Assembly (NCBI GenBank): GCA_029258835.1
Contig: JAPDJY010000024.1
Span: forward strand, 1 to 31,935
Reading direction: 5' to 3'
DNA: 31,935 nucleotides
DNA from: Thermoproteota archaeon
GTDB taxonomy: Archaea; Asgardarchaeota; Jordiarchaeia; Jordiarchaeales; Freyrarchaeaceae
Shown here piece after piece: positions 17,732 through 28,148 of this stretch (position 1 is its first letter; each line of letters starts with the position of its first letter). Both the position numbers and the translations under genes were made by a program. Below the pieces are notes generated by a model. It was given only the letters and a program-made list of their open reading frames with translations, was not told the DNA's origin and ran no database searches.

Positions 17732-18086
17732 TCGATCAACCCCCTCCTCTTTCTTTTCCAATCTTCCTTTTTCCTCTTTAGATGGAGGGCCACCAAAGGA
17801 AGCAGCTTCGAGAACATCCATATTTTCCAAGCTGTTAAGCATGAACAACGTGTTTCTAACTTAAGATTAAAAGGGGGGTTGAAGGTGACCCGAGTGCTGG
17901 AATCATTACTAAATTGCTGGAGTGGTAATTAATATGCATCTCCATGTTAAAAGACGTTCCTTTCTACAACGAAGGAGCCGTTGTGGAGGTTAGAAACCTT
18001 CAAAAGTGGGATTTGGATTTGATGTTTTTGCCAAAGGATTTTTATGTTGGCTTCTTCATATTCTAGGGATTAAGGAAGGGAGAAGG

Positions 18087-19019
18087 ATGCTGGTTGTGGA
18101 TGCGCACACTCATATTGTGGATGAGGGGTGGATGCCGAAGAAGTGGTGGGATGGATTGGCGAGGGTTTACGTGCATGCATTGGAGGAGATGGGCATTCCC
18201 ATGACTGTGGGTCAGGTTAAGTCTCAGATCTTCCAAGGCTTCTTCGACCCTGACGGGGAGAAGCTTATCAGGGAGATGGATGCTGCGGGAATTGACGTCA
18301 GCGTCGTATGTCCTGTGGATTATGGCTTAGCCCTCGGCGAGCCTCCAACGCCTATAGAGGAGCAGAATCAGATATTCGCTGAGATCCAGAGGAAGTATCC
18401 GAAGAGGGTGGTGGCTCTCGTGAGCGTTGACCCGAGGAGGCCTGAAGCTGATAAGATAGTGAGGACTGGGCTTGAGGACTTGGGGTTGAAGGGGTTAAAG
18501 CTTCACCCTGCATCTGGCTTCTACCCGAACGAGCCACGCGTCTACAAGCTGCTTTCAATAGCGAGGGAGTTTAACGTTCCGGTTCTCTTCCACACCGGAC
18601 AGATCGTTCAGCCTCTCAGAAGCAAGTACTGCAACCCAATATACTTGGATGACCTGTTGATCGACTTTCCCGAGCTAACCATTCAAGCGGCGCATATGGG
18701 GTTTGGCTGGAGGTATGAGTTGTTCCACATGGGAGCAACGAAGACGAACTTGGTTGTTGACTTCTCGGGCTGGCAGACCATAGCACGCAGCAACTTCAAG
18801 CGGTTCTGCAAAGCGCTGAGGGAGTGCATAGACGAGTTCGGAGCTTCAAGGGTGCTTTTCGGAACCGATGGGCCATACCTGAGAGCTGCGATGCCAGATA
18901 AGGAGTTCGTCGACATGGTGAAAAACCTTCCGGAAAAAGCGCCTGAAGGGATAACCTTCACAAAGGAAGAAATAGAAGCAATAATAGGTGGTAACGCGAA
19001 AAGGATATATAACCTCTAA
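18087..19019 (+). CDS. Amidohydrolase_2 family metal-dependent hydrolase
   Basis: Motifs DAHTH, GLKLHP, LFHTG, AHMG and LFGTDGP. Start placed at ATG 18087 rather than 18006. Confidence 0.88.
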   Translation: MLVVDAHTHIVDEGWMPKKWWDGLARVYVHALEEMGIPMTVGQVKSQIFQGFFDPDGEKLIREMDAAGIDVSVVCPVDYGLALGEPPTPIEEQNQIFAEIQRKYPKRVVALVSVDPRRPEADKIVRTGLEDLGLKGLKLHPASGFYPNEPRVYKLLSIAREFNVPVLFHTGQIVQPLRSKYCNPIYLDDLLIDFPELTIQAAHMGFGWRYELFHMGATKTNLVVDFSGWQTIARSNFKRFCKALRECIDEFGASRVLFGTDGPYLRAAMPDKEFVDMVKNLPEKAPEGITFTKEEIEAIIGGNAKRIYNL

Positions 19020-19699
19020 AGTAAGGGAAACAGGGAGGCTTGCTAAAATCGGTAGCATCTTCCTCACTTTTTTCTCGTAGCCGAGGCTGATAGCTTCCAA
19101 GCTCTAACGTTCCCTTTGCCATCCTACAGTTTTCACTTTAAAGATCCTAGGTGGAAGGCTGGATGGCGACGGATTTTATTTAGTTTAGTTAATCCTGTGA
19201 CTTTAATCGGGTAGGTTTGCAGCTGTGACGGGTGAAGTCACTGTAGAAGTTCAATAGATAGGTGCCTCTAGGGGTTAGTGCAAGCTTATTCGGGGGGCAG
19301 ACTGGGAACGACGAGGAGATGGTGTGAAGGCTCTTAGCCGCAGTCTAAACTTAACATTTCATGACGGCGTCTACCCGAAGCGGGTTGAGAAAATTCAAAG
19401 CCATCTGACTTCTTCAAGAAGGAGTTAAAATTAAGGAAATTGAAGGTACTCCGGCCAACCCTTCCGCAATCTTAGGATGATTAGGGATGGTGACTTAGGA
19501 CAGCTTTAGAAGGCCAAAGCGTGGAAAGAGGCGCTATTGGGAAGAGATGGTCTGCGGCTGCTGTCAGGTCTGACTGGAGAAGGGTTAAAACGTAGTCGTT
19601 AACTTCGTCGCCGGGATATTTTATGCCCTTCCTTCATGTTCTATTACTTCTTTTTTCTCACAGTTTGTTACTGACTGGTTGAGCATGAAGCATGCTTGA

Positions 19700-19918
19700 G
19701 GTGGAATTACATTGTCTTGGAAGACGTGGATAACCTCCTCGTCATCCACGGCTGTTATGAAGGAGGTTATACCTCCTTAACCTCCCTCTCCACCCTCCTA
19801 GCCGCATCAAGCACCTTAAGCCTAAGGTCAACCCTATCCTCAGCCAAGACAACAAGGACGTTAGCACATTTGACGTAAACGTCTCCTTTAGGGGTTTGTA
19901 ATTACACCTACAAGCATG
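19700..19918 (-). pseudogene. Degraded small nucleotidyltransferase-like gene (tentative)
   Basis: Minus-strand fragments MLVGVITNP*/DVYVKCANVLVVLAEDRVDLRLKVLDAARRVEREVKEV*/TSFITAVDDEEVIHVF resemble an archaeal MNT-like fold, broken by stops and shifts. Confidence 0.35.
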
Positions 19919-20193
19919 TCCCTTAGCTTACGCCTAAGCATGAGGGAAACGTGGACATCGCTTCGTCCCGTGAACTCTTAAAAACACATAGGCGGGGCAT
20001 TTCGCCAAAAAGTGTCGTGAAAGCCACCATGCAACGTTTACGTGGGGAAAGTAAAACGTTTTCTTTTAAAGGTTTTCTGGGAGGTGACCCGTTGCATAAT
20101 TGGTTTCCGTTTTATTTTAGCACATTAAATCCAAGCAAGCGTAGAGTGTAGACTCCTTTTCGAATTTTGGAGTGCTGTTCAAAAAAGAGGAGG

Positions 20194-20934
20194 TCAGGGT
20201 ATTGGAAAGGGAGGGGGCATTGGTAGAGCTGTTGGAACGGGATACTTGGCGACTCTCTGCTTTTTCATCCCGTCAATTAATTCTTCTGCTTTTGATGTGG
20301 GAACCGTAAATAGTAACTCATCGTCATGGGTCATGGCGAAAACACGGTCTCCATTTCCAGGCACTACTAACTGGTATTCACCGGTGTTAAAGGTCCGAAT
20401 TATTCCTGCGGAGCATGAGGCAGTAACACCGATCAGCTCTGCCTTAAGCCTCCTCCCTTCCCTGTACATCGCTCCCTGGATGAGCCGCATAATCTGGGCG
20501 GGATTCCCGTAAACGAGGATCAGGTCTGGAAGGATTCTCGTCCGAGTAAGGGGAGAAACAACAATACCACCATATTTGCCCGCTTCAAGGCGATCCATGC
20601 TTTCAACAAGCATTTTTGCCGCCTCATCGTTTGACACGTACCCTACTCCAAGAAAGAACTGTCTAATGAGAGAGTCGTCGATGTCCGCCCATCCGTAGTT
20701 TAGGCTTGCAGCCGGACAGCCGCTGTCCTCTTTCGTCACACCAACAGTCCAGCCGTATCTTCGGCTCAGTGTGAGAGCCTGGCAGACCGCTATCTTCTTC
20801 TCGGGTCTTCTCGTTCTCTCTGGAAACTCTGATTCATCCTTAACAAGTTTTACAGCAAGTGGGTATGTGTGTGGCCGAAGCATCTCCTCAAGCGACTTAC
20901 CAATGTTTCTCCACTTCTCAAGTTCTGAATCCAT
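20194..20934 (-). CDS. DUF169 family protein
   Basis: Motifs YPLAVKL, VCQAL..SRRYG, GCPAA, PDLILVYGNPAQIMRL, ASCS and PGNGDR.F....DDEL. Confidence 0.85.
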   Translation of the reverse strand: MDSELEKWRNIGKSLEEMLRPHTYPLAVKLVKDESEFPERTRRPEKKIAVCQALTLSRRYGWTVGVTKEDSGCPAASLNYGWADIDDSLIRQFFLGVGYVSNDEAAKMLVESMDRLEAGKYGGIVVSPLTRTRILPDLILVYGNPAQIMRLIQGAMYREGRRLKAELIGVTASCSAGIIRTFNTGEYQLVVPGNGDRVFAMTHDDELLFTVPTSKAEELIDGMKKQRVAKYPVPTALPMPPPFPIP

Positions 20935-21596
20935 AAGGGTTCACCTTCTCTGTTAGTTATGAATAAGTTATGAATAAAAATAAGAAATAAATTTTATTTA
21001 TCTTAAAATTATCTTAAAGAGAACGTCAAATCGGAAGAAATTGGAACTTGCACTTAATGTGTGGGCGATTTCCAGCCATAAACCTGCACAAGAATCAGGA
21101 ATTTCAAGGGAAAGGCTGAAAGAAATAAATTCTAATAATCGGATGTTAAAAGGGGTTATCTTCGAAATGAAAAAGTTCCTGCAGGCCGATAAAGTTCCCT
21201 CAATCAAACTAAAGCTCTTTGGGAAAAGTGTTATGATGGTTAAGGGCGGGTGGGTTCGGGGCTATGTGGTGCCCGCATTACCCACAGGTCGCTTAACAGC
21301 AGATATGTGGTTCGCTATCGTTCACCTAAGCCCTCGCAGGTCACATATATCCGCTGAAAGATGCTAAACTTGTGCCAAACAATTAAGGTAACGGAAAGCA
21401 CCGCGTTGGCGACAAATGAATAGATCAAGTTTCTCAAGAGGATTAGGGACTGTTAACAAGAACGCTATTTACAGCAGAGTGATTTGTGTCATTTTACAAA
21501 GAAGCTTCGTATGCCTACAATTGCGTGAAAATTGCGTGAAATTTGACTGGTGTGAAGTCTAAGATCCACTAACCGTCCCCTTCGTTAAGGAGGGGG

Positions 21597-21870
21597 TTAG
21601 GCGATGAACCAGTTGCATTCTGGGTTCATCCGCTATGCAGCTTGTTTGCTGTGCTTTCAACCCTACGTTCTCTACTAAGCGTGCTACGCAGGAACCGCAG
21701 GATGCACAACCATACTTGATGGCTGCTTTAGCTTGTTCGCTTGGCAGGATGCCAACTCGTAGTATTTTGGATCCTTCAGCATGTCCCCTTAACATGTCAT
21801 GCCAATATGCAACGTGTAACCCTGAACGAGTCTTTGGACGCCTCCCCTTCCAGCATCGTGGAGGCTAAGC
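21597..21870 (-). pseudogene. Possible decayed V4R/ATC-hydrolase-like gene
   Basis: Fragments across frames: DSFRVTRC..., MLKDPKYYELASC..., GLKAQQTSCIADEP/ECNWFIA*. The stop is followed by CCCCCTCCTT, like the gene-end motif of intact genes here. Confidence 0.3.
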
Positions 21871-22216
21871 TTACATATTAATGTGAGGTTATTTAAAAAA
21901 TTTTTAGTGAAAACGTGCTAATTACCGTGTTGATTTTTATTAGCATCGCGATTAATTGGAAAGTTTAAATTAGATTCCACTGACAGACATATGCACCTAA
22001 TTTAGTTTGAATTAGTTTGCTAATAAGTAAGTAGTAGGTTTAATTCAGGGAAATGGGTAAAGCGCCGCTTCCTTAACTGCCATGTAGGTTCTTAGGCTTC
22101 TGTAGGAGAGTCTGCCATAAGGGGCATAGGAAGGGAACTCCTGAATAAGCATTCAAACCTCCTCTTTTAGATGATTAGTTAGAGGGAGCACTTTGACTGG
22201 TAGTGTTGGTGGTTGT

Positions 22217-23341
22217 TTAACGGTTCAATGCGGCCTCCGCCACCACACTGGTGAAGTATATTATGTCCTTGTCTGCCCCTGTTTTCTCGGCTGTGTACCT
22301 CATGTTGAAGGCGCAGAATGGACATGGCGTTATTATGCGTTTCTCTGGTGCTTGGGCGAAGAGGTTGGAGGCCATCTTGAGGGATAGGTCCCTGTAGAGG
22401 GAGCGTACACCCGCCCCCGACCCACAGCATGGAGCCTTCTCCCTCTTTTCAGGCATCTCGATGATTTCCACTCCGCATGCCTTAAGGACTTCCCTTGGCT
22501 CGTCGTAGATGCCTTCCGTTCTTCCCAAGTGGCATGGGTCGTGGTAGGTTGCCCTCCAGCTTATGCTCTTCAGCCCGAGTTTGCCGGCTTTAACCAGGTT
22601 AAAGATTGTTTGGGTTACGTGCTCGACCGTGAAGGGAAGCTTTCCAACCAGTTCGGGATAGTAGTTTTTGAAGCACCTGTAGCATCCGACGCATGGCAGT
22701 ATCACCCTTCTAATCCCTTCACTTTCAAACCTCTCAACGTTCCTCGTGAAAACTTCTTCGGCTAGGTCGGTCATTCCTGCCTCGTAGATGTAGTTTCCGC
22801 AGCAGCCTTCGTCCCTAAGAATCCTGAACTTCACCCCGCCGGCCTTTAACACTTGATACGTTGACCGGGCTGCGTCCGTTACAAGGTACGATGCGAGGCA
22901 GCCAACGTAAAGGAGAACGTCTGAGTCCACCTCCTCGTACTTGTCCGGGAGCCAGTCAAGCCTTCTCTCGGGGTCCCCCTTCACCGAGTTCCCCAGCTTC
23001 AAAATGCCGTTTATTATCTTCCTCCCCCTCTCGAGCGGAGCTAAGCCAGCCTTAACCAGTCCCGCCCGGGCGGCTCCGACCACTTCAGGCGTCTTAATCT
23101 CGTATGGACAGACCGAGGTGCAAAGGTAGCATTCAGTACACGAGTACATGGACTCAACATCCCTCTCTGAGAGCTCCTCACTCCGCAGGATTCGGGCGGC
23201 AGACCTCAACCTCCATGGAGGAGAGAGAACATCATCGCCTGAAGCCTTAAAGGTTGGGCAGACGTCAAGGCAGACGTTGCACTCAGAGCATGAGTCTGCT
23301 TCAGCCAGGGCTTCCTCAACCTTCAACGCGACCACCCTCAC
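22217..23341 (-). CDS. (Fe-S)-binding protein: 2x[4Fe-4S] ferredoxin plus two CCG domains (HdrD/GlpC-like)
   Basis: CSECNVCLDVCP and CTECYLCTSVCP; YVGC...GCCG...PCVGC; YHDPCHLGR...PCCGSG...PCPFC. Confidence 0.88.
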   Translation of the reverse strand: MRVVALKVEEALAEADSCSECNVCLDVCPTFKASGDDVLSPPWRLRSAARILRSEELSERDVESMYSCTECYLCTSVCPYEIKTPEVVGAARAGLVKAGLAPLERGRKIINGILKLGNSVKGDPERRLDWLPDKYEEVDSDVLLYVGCLASYLVTDAARSTYQVLKAGGVKFRILRDEGCCGNYIYEAGMTDLAEEVFTRNVERFESEGIRRVILPCVGCYRCFKNYYPELVGKLPFTVEHVTQTIFNLVKAGKLGLKSISWRATYHDPCHLGRTEGIYDEPREVLKACGVEIIEMPEKREKAPCCGSGAGVRSLYRDLSLKMASNLFAQAPEKRIITPCPFCAFNMRYTAEKTGADKDIIYFTSVVAEAALNR

Positions 23342-23477
23342 AGGGAAAGTATGCCTTGTAAGTAATAAAAAGGATTCCTATTTTGCAGGGGTTCAGCGTT
23401 GATGATTGCTGGTGAGGATAAGTCTTTTAACCGATGAAGGACACGTTTCGGTTGAGGCCTGGTTTGGAGGGGTGCAA

Positions 23478-23888
23478 ATGAGTGGCGAATTAAAGTTTAC
23501 GAAGGTGGATCAGATAGGAATTGTAGTCAGGGATTTCGAGAAGACCTCGAAGTTCCTAACTGAAAAGTTCGGAATAGGACCCTTCCCCTCCATAGAGGCG
23601 GAGCATGGGTCAGCGAAGCTCAAGATAGGCTTGCTTCACCTTGGAGGAGTCCAGATAGAACTGATACAGGTATTGGAGGGAGAGTCAATCCACAGCAGGT
23701 TCCTCAGGGAGAGAGGCGAGGGACTCCACCACCTGGGGTTCTTCGTGAAAAACCTTGATGAGGCGTTGAAGGTTATGGAGGAGAGGGGGGTTAAGGTCGC
23801 TGAAGGAGGGGAAATACTGGGGGTCAAGTACGCCTACCTAGACACCGAGAAGGAAATAGGAATCACCCTCGAGCTAATCCAAACATGA
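23478..23888 (+). CDS. VOC/glyoxalase family protein, methylmalonyl-CoA epimerase-like
   Basis: Motifs DQIGIVV, QIELIQ, GEGLHHLGF and LELIQ. ATG 23478 follows GGAGGGG. Confidence 0.85.
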   Translation: MSGELKFTKVDQIGIVVRDFEKTSKFLTEKFGIGPFPSIEAEHGSAKLKIGLLHLGGVQIELIQVLEGESIHSRFLRERGEGLHHLGFFVKNLDEALKVMEERGVKVAEGGEILGVKYAYLDTEKEIGITLELIQT

Positions 23889-24202
23889 AAGAAGGATCAA
23901 AGTGAACATGTGAAAGCACGGAAACCTTGAAATACCTGATAAATTCACAAAGTATGAACGTAGGAAGAACAAAAAATACGTCGACACCGTAATCGTTCAT
24001 CCCTTTAATTTTATTTTTCCCTTACGGAGACTGTCTCTACGGAGGTTGCCTCCTTCGCTGGCTTAACATTGCTCTTAACCGCGTCCTACTATAGACCCTG
24101 TAGACCTGCGGATGCTGTCCGGCAAGGCGTTTAGATGGCTTATGGGTACGTGGTAGCAGTCTAGAATTGATCATGACCTTCGCAGCGGATTAGCAAGCGA
24201 GA

Positions 24203-24490
24203 ATGTTTAAAGAGTGGGGGAGGCGGGAGGAAGGAGTTGCTGTGGCGTCAAAGGGGGTTCTTGGTTCTTGGTGAGGCTGAAGTGCTCGTTTTTGGAAGCG
24301 CGGTAAGGAGCTGACTGGAGGAGGCGACGTAGACGTGCTCGTTGTGTCGCCAAGGACACCGGGAGGGAGCGGAAAAGGGCAAAGGCTAAAGAGAGGCTGA
24401 CCTACCCTTAATACATCCAGTTGAGATACACTTGGTCACGCCTGAAGAGAAAAAAGTGGTATGAGAAGCATGCTAAACCCTCTTGTACGC
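24203..24490 (+). pseudogene. Degraded minimal nucleotidyltransferase (MNT)
   Basis: Across shifted frames: MFKEW...VLG/EAEVLVFGSAVR/ELTGGGDVDVLVVSP.../LPLIHPVEIHLVTPEE/KWY. One shift is the 7-nt duplication GGTTCTT (24256-24269). Confidence 0.75.
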
Positions 24491-24531
24491 TTAGAGCCAG
24501 CGCGGGTCTAAGTGGCTTAGCAGGGTTTAGG

Positions 24532-25053
24532 CTACTTTTTGCCTTCTAGGAGCTGCTTGTACTTTTGAGCTAGTTCCGCGTAGCTTTCAGCGCTTAGCTT
24601 TATCGTTGCTATGTGGCGTTCCTCCAGCTCCTTCACAGGCTTAGCCGGGTTTCCAAGAACTAAGCTGTTAGACGGGATTTTAGTGTTGGGTGTTACGACT
24701 GCTCCTGCCCCTATTATGCACCTGTCCCCTATCACAGCCCCGTCAAGCACCGTGCTATTGATCCCGACTATGACGTAGTTTCCTATAGTTGCCCCATGAA
24801 CAACTGCTCCATGTCCAACTGTGACGTAATCCCCTATGATGCAGGGGGTTACGCCCGCGTGAACCGAGCAGTTATCCTGTATGTTAGAGTACTTGCCGAT
24901 CTTTATGGTTGAGAAATCTCCTCTAACCACCGCGTAGTCGAATATTGACGCCCCCTCGTCTAGTTCGACACTTCCAGAGACAAAAGCATTGGGGCTAACG
25001 TAAGCCTTGGGGTGAACCTTTGGAAGTTTACCAAAATACTCTATTAGGGGCAT
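24532..25053 (-). CDS. Gamma-carbonic anhydrase-like protein (YrdA/PaaY/CaiE family)
   Basis: Hexapeptide repeats, VRGD, SNIQDNCSVH, TVGHGAVVHG (three Zn-binding His) and G.PAK. Confidence 0.9.
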   Translation of the reverse strand: MPLIEYFGKLPKVHPKAYVSPNAFVSGSVELDEGASIFDYAVVRGDFSTIKIGKYSNIQDNCSVHAGVTPCIIGDYVTVGHGAVVHGATIGNYVIVGINSTVLDGAVIGDRCIIGAGAVVTPNTKIPSNSLVLGNPAKPVKELEERHIATIKLSAESYAELAQKYKQLLEGKK

Positions 25054-25355
25054 ATGATCCCTCCATCAAACGCAGAAGCCACATCCAATAATAGAAGGAA
25101 TATGTACTTTAACTTTCCCATCTACATGTAGATTCCTCCTTTACTTAATGCTAGATTGGGGCTCTTCACGGCTCCTATGCAATTTCAAGCTTCTTATAAG
25201 CCCTCAGCGTTTTAGTTGGAAAGTAGGGAGGAACATAATACGGTTTCAAAGGGAATCCTAGAGGAAGGTGAACATTAGGCTGGTATTTAGAGAAGACGGT
25301 TCTTAAGTGAAAGAAAAGGAGGGGGAAGGGGTTCGCATTGTAAGGGTCATGTGGT

Positions 25356-26453
25356 CTAAATTTTTATTTTTATGTTTTCTATCGGGTAGCTCATGCATGG
25401 GTGTATGTATCCGAACTCTGCGTCTGAGGCTTTATGCATGACGTATCCTGGAGTGAAGACTTTCCCAGATACGAGCTTGGCGTGGCAAACCATGCACTGC
25501 CCTGACCTGCAAACTGCAGGGATAACTATTCCTTCCCTTTCCATCGAGTTTAATAGGGGTTCCCCTGCGCGCGCCTTGAACGTTTTCCTAACTCTTCCAA
25601 CAACCTCCACCGTGAACGTTGCATCTGGGGGAAGGCCTTTAGGCCATCCCGGCTCTTTGGTTACGTCGTCTGGGGGACCATAGGCTTCACACTTTATCTT
25701 TCTCCTTGGAACCCCTAGCTTCTCGATTTCCGGTATGCAGAACGAGTACATAGCCTGTGGGCCACATAGGTAGAATGTTTTCCCTTCGACGGAGCCAACT
25801 TGGGATTCTATTATGTCAGCCGTTATGAAGCCTCTTAGCCCCTCCCAGCCTTCTGGCGGCTCCGAGATAACTAGGGAGTAGTGTATGTTTGGGTGTTCTT
25901 CCGCTATCTTCTCCAGCCTGTCGCCGAAGATTACGTCGTCGGGGGTTCGGCTGCCGTAGATGAGCCATATGTTGAGTGGGAGGTTGCGCTCCACGGTTTC
26001 GAGTATCATGCTCATGAAAGGTGTTATGCCGCTGCCGCCAGCTATGAAGACGAGGTCTCTCCCGTCGGTTAAGGGCTCATAGTAGAACTGGCCCGCGGGT
26101 CCCACGACTTCTAGCTCCTCTCCTACGTTGACCCGGTCTAGGAGGTAGTGGGATACGAAGCCGCCAGGCTTCCTTCTAACGGTCACCTCAATGTAGTCGG
26201 TTATTGTCGGAGGCGAGGATATGCTGTATGGCCTATTGGTTACCACGCCGTCTATGTTTACGCATATGCTCACGTACTGGCCAGCCCTGAAGGGCGGTAT
26301 CTCCCCGTCCATCCTGACTAGTTTAAAGGTCTTCGTGGTTCTGGTTTCCACTCTGACCTCAGCGACCTTCATACGCATCCTAGGAGGGTGAAGAGCCTCA
26401 ACCGCCTTCATCATCGAGTCGTACTCTTTAAAGTACCCCCAAGACTTGGACAT
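25356..26453 (-). CDS. FAD/NAD(P)-binding oxidoreductase with a C-terminal [2Fe-2S] ferredoxin domain (PaaE/KshB/Hcr-type architecture)
   Basis: Motifs FRAGQY, RPYSISS, GFVS, FIAGGSGITP, YLCGP and CRSGQCMVC...PC. The ATG directly follows the upstream TGA. Confidence 0.88.
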   Translation of the reverse strand: MSKSWGYFKEYDSMMKAVEALHPPRMRMKVAEVRVETRTTKTFKLVRMDGEIPPFRAGQYVSICVNIDGVVTNRPYSISSPPTITDYIEVTVRRKPGGFVSHYLLDRVNVGEELEVVGPAGQFYYEPLTDGRDLVFIAGGSGITPFMSMILETVERNLPLNIWLIYGSRTPDDVIFGDRLEKIAEEHPNIHYSLVISEPPEGWEGLRGFITADIIESQVGSVEGKTFYLCGPQAMYSFCIPEIEKLGVPRRKIKCEAYGPPDDVTKEPGWPKGLPPDATFTVEVVGRVRKTFKARAGEPLLNSMEREGIVIPAVCRSGQCMVCHAKLVSGKVFTPGYVMHKASDAEFGYIHPCMSYPIENIKIKI

Positions 26454-27980
26454 TCACTTCCCCTCCTTCTCCATGCTGCTCAGCAGCTTTTGCGCAGCCA
26501 TGCTTCCGGAGAGAATGCATGGCTCGTAGCCTCCACCCGGCTGGGTCCACGCCCCAGCAAAGTAAAGTCCTTTAATGGGCCCCTCATGGGGGAGCCTGAT
26601 CAGCATGTTATCCTTAGGAGTCTGGTTAAACCCGTATATTGACCCGCCATAGTTGCCGGTATACCTTATGTTTGTTATGGGGGTTGCAACCTCAACCACT
26701 TCTATGTGCTCCCTTAGCCCCGGAACCACCTTCTCGGCTTGCTCTATCATCTTCTCGGCGATCCCGGTTTTAGCCTCATAGTACTCTCTAGGATTGAGGC
26801 GCAGCCACGGGTCAGCGTAGCTTAAAGTTGTCAAGACGACTACTGACGTTCCGGGAGGAGAGAAGTCTGGGTCTGCAAGGTTATATGTTGTCACCGACAT
26901 GCTTCCGGGGGGCTCGAGGGTCCACGCCTTCTCGAACTGGCGGTCGTAGTTGTAGTCCTCGTTGAGGAACGTCTCGAACTCGTCTACTCCCAGCTCCGTG
27001 TAGGGGCAGTCTAGCCCCATGTAAACGTTGATCGTTGATGGTGCGAGCTCGCTGGAGTTTAAGCGTTCAAGGTAGGATTCCGGAACCTTGTCGGTCCCTA
27101 TCAGCTCCTTGCAGACGGTTATGGGGTTCACGTTAGAGACGACGTACTTAGCCCTGACCTCCTCCCCTTGATCGGTTACTACACCTGAGACCCTCCCTTC
27201 CTCAACGAGGATCTTGCTCACCCCGCATCCCAGCCTCACCTCTCCCCCAGCCTCCTCTATGACGTCCACGAAGGCGTTAGAGAGTGCTTGAGACTTTCCT
27301 TTCACCTGTGTGGGTCCAAGCTTCACGTAGGATGCCAGCCCTATAGCGTGGAAAATGTAGGAGATGCGTGATGGGGGGAGTCCAAAGTAGCCCCAAAGCT
27401 GGGATATGACCGCTCTAGCCTTCGGGTCCTTAACGTCGTTTTTCAGCACTTCACCCCACGTTTTATCCATGTAGTCGAGGAGGTTTGACCTGAGGAACTC
27501 TTGAGTCAGCTCGGGGGCACCCTTCTGAAGCATGGCAAGAGCCTTATAGGTTAAAAATATCCTGTCGAAAATCCTGTGTATGCCTTCTGACTCGTGGGGG
27601 AAGTGCTCGCTGAGAACCTGTTCAACCTCCTCCCTCCCCACGGGAAGGGTGATTTCTAGGTCTGGGAAAACCGACTTGTAAAGCGTCTTAAGCTTTATGA
27701 ATTTAACCTTTCGGGTCACCCCCAGCCACTCTAGGTAATGGTAGAGCCCGCCCTTCTTAGCTTCAGGGTCCATCCCGGACAGTTCATGAAGGGATACTTC
27801 AAACTCAAATCGCCCCCTCACAAAAGTTGAAGCGTACCCTCCTGGGGCATGGTGGCGTTCGGCAAGCAGTACTGACAGGCCTTTTTTAGCAAGGAATGCT
27901 GCGGCAGATAGGCCTCCCAGTCCTGCCCCTATGACAACCACGTCATAGGCCTCGGACAAAGCGTTCACCAGCCTATTCAA
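26454..27980 (-). CDS. FAD-dependent oxidoreductase, phytoene desaturase/retinol saturase-like (COG1233)
   Basis: 508 aa. YDVVVIGAGLGGLSAAA, ERH..PGGY...F.RG.FEF, EVATP.T..RYT....GSIYG and GLYFAGAW..PGGG....SG. Confidence 0.88.
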   Translation of the reverse strand: MNRLVNALSEAYDVVVIGAGLGGLSAAAFLAKKGLSVLLAERHHAPGGYASTFVRGRFEFEVSLHELSGMDPEAKKGGLYHYLEWLGVTRKVKFIKLKTLYKSVFPDLEITLPVGREEVEQVLSEHFPHESEGIHRIFDRIFLTYKALAMLQKGAPELTQEFLRSNLLDYMDKTWGEVLKNDVKDPKARAVISQLWGYFGLPPSRISYIFHAIGLASYVKLGPTQVKGKSQALSNAFVDVIEEAGGEVRLGCGVSKILVEEGRVSGVVTDQGEEVRAKYVVSNVNPITVCKELIGTDKVPESYLERLNSSELAPSTINVYMGLDCPYTELGVDEFETFLNEDYNYDRQFEKAWTLEPPGSMSVTTYNLADPDFSPPGTSVVVLTTLSYADPWLRLNPREYYEAKTGIAEKMIEQAEKVVPGLREHIEVVEVATPITNIRYTGNYGGSIYGFNQTPKDNMLIRLPHEGPIKGLYFAGAWTQPGGGYEPCILSGSMAAQKLLSSMEKEGK

Positions 27981-28148
27981 CCTTTAAACTAAGGGAAGGA
28001 TTCTTTCTTCTATAAAAAAATTTTATTCTTTTCTGGGAGGGGGATTGACGGTTTAACACTTTTAAAGGTGGCATTTTCAGAGTAAGAGGAAAACTGTTTA
28101 ATAGCCTTATGGCTTGCTTAATACGTGTCAACGCTTGGGGGTTAAGGA

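Noticed and set aside
16657-17848. Overlapping ORFs such as 17086..17781 (+, 231 aa)
   Set aside because: Off-frame products of a hydrophobic gene, with implausible His/Arg/Ser-rich composition.
19240-19620. Possible decayed gene after the first amidohydrolase
   Set aside because: It looks coding-like, but the fragments give no consistent family signature.
21041-21367. 108-aa ORF
   Set aside because: No SD or motif; the 3' half coincides with the hairpin region and reads as non-protein-like.
20955-21540. Short direct repeats as a CRISPR array
   Set aside because: Only two adjacent copies each, 11 bp long, with no spacers and no cas genes.
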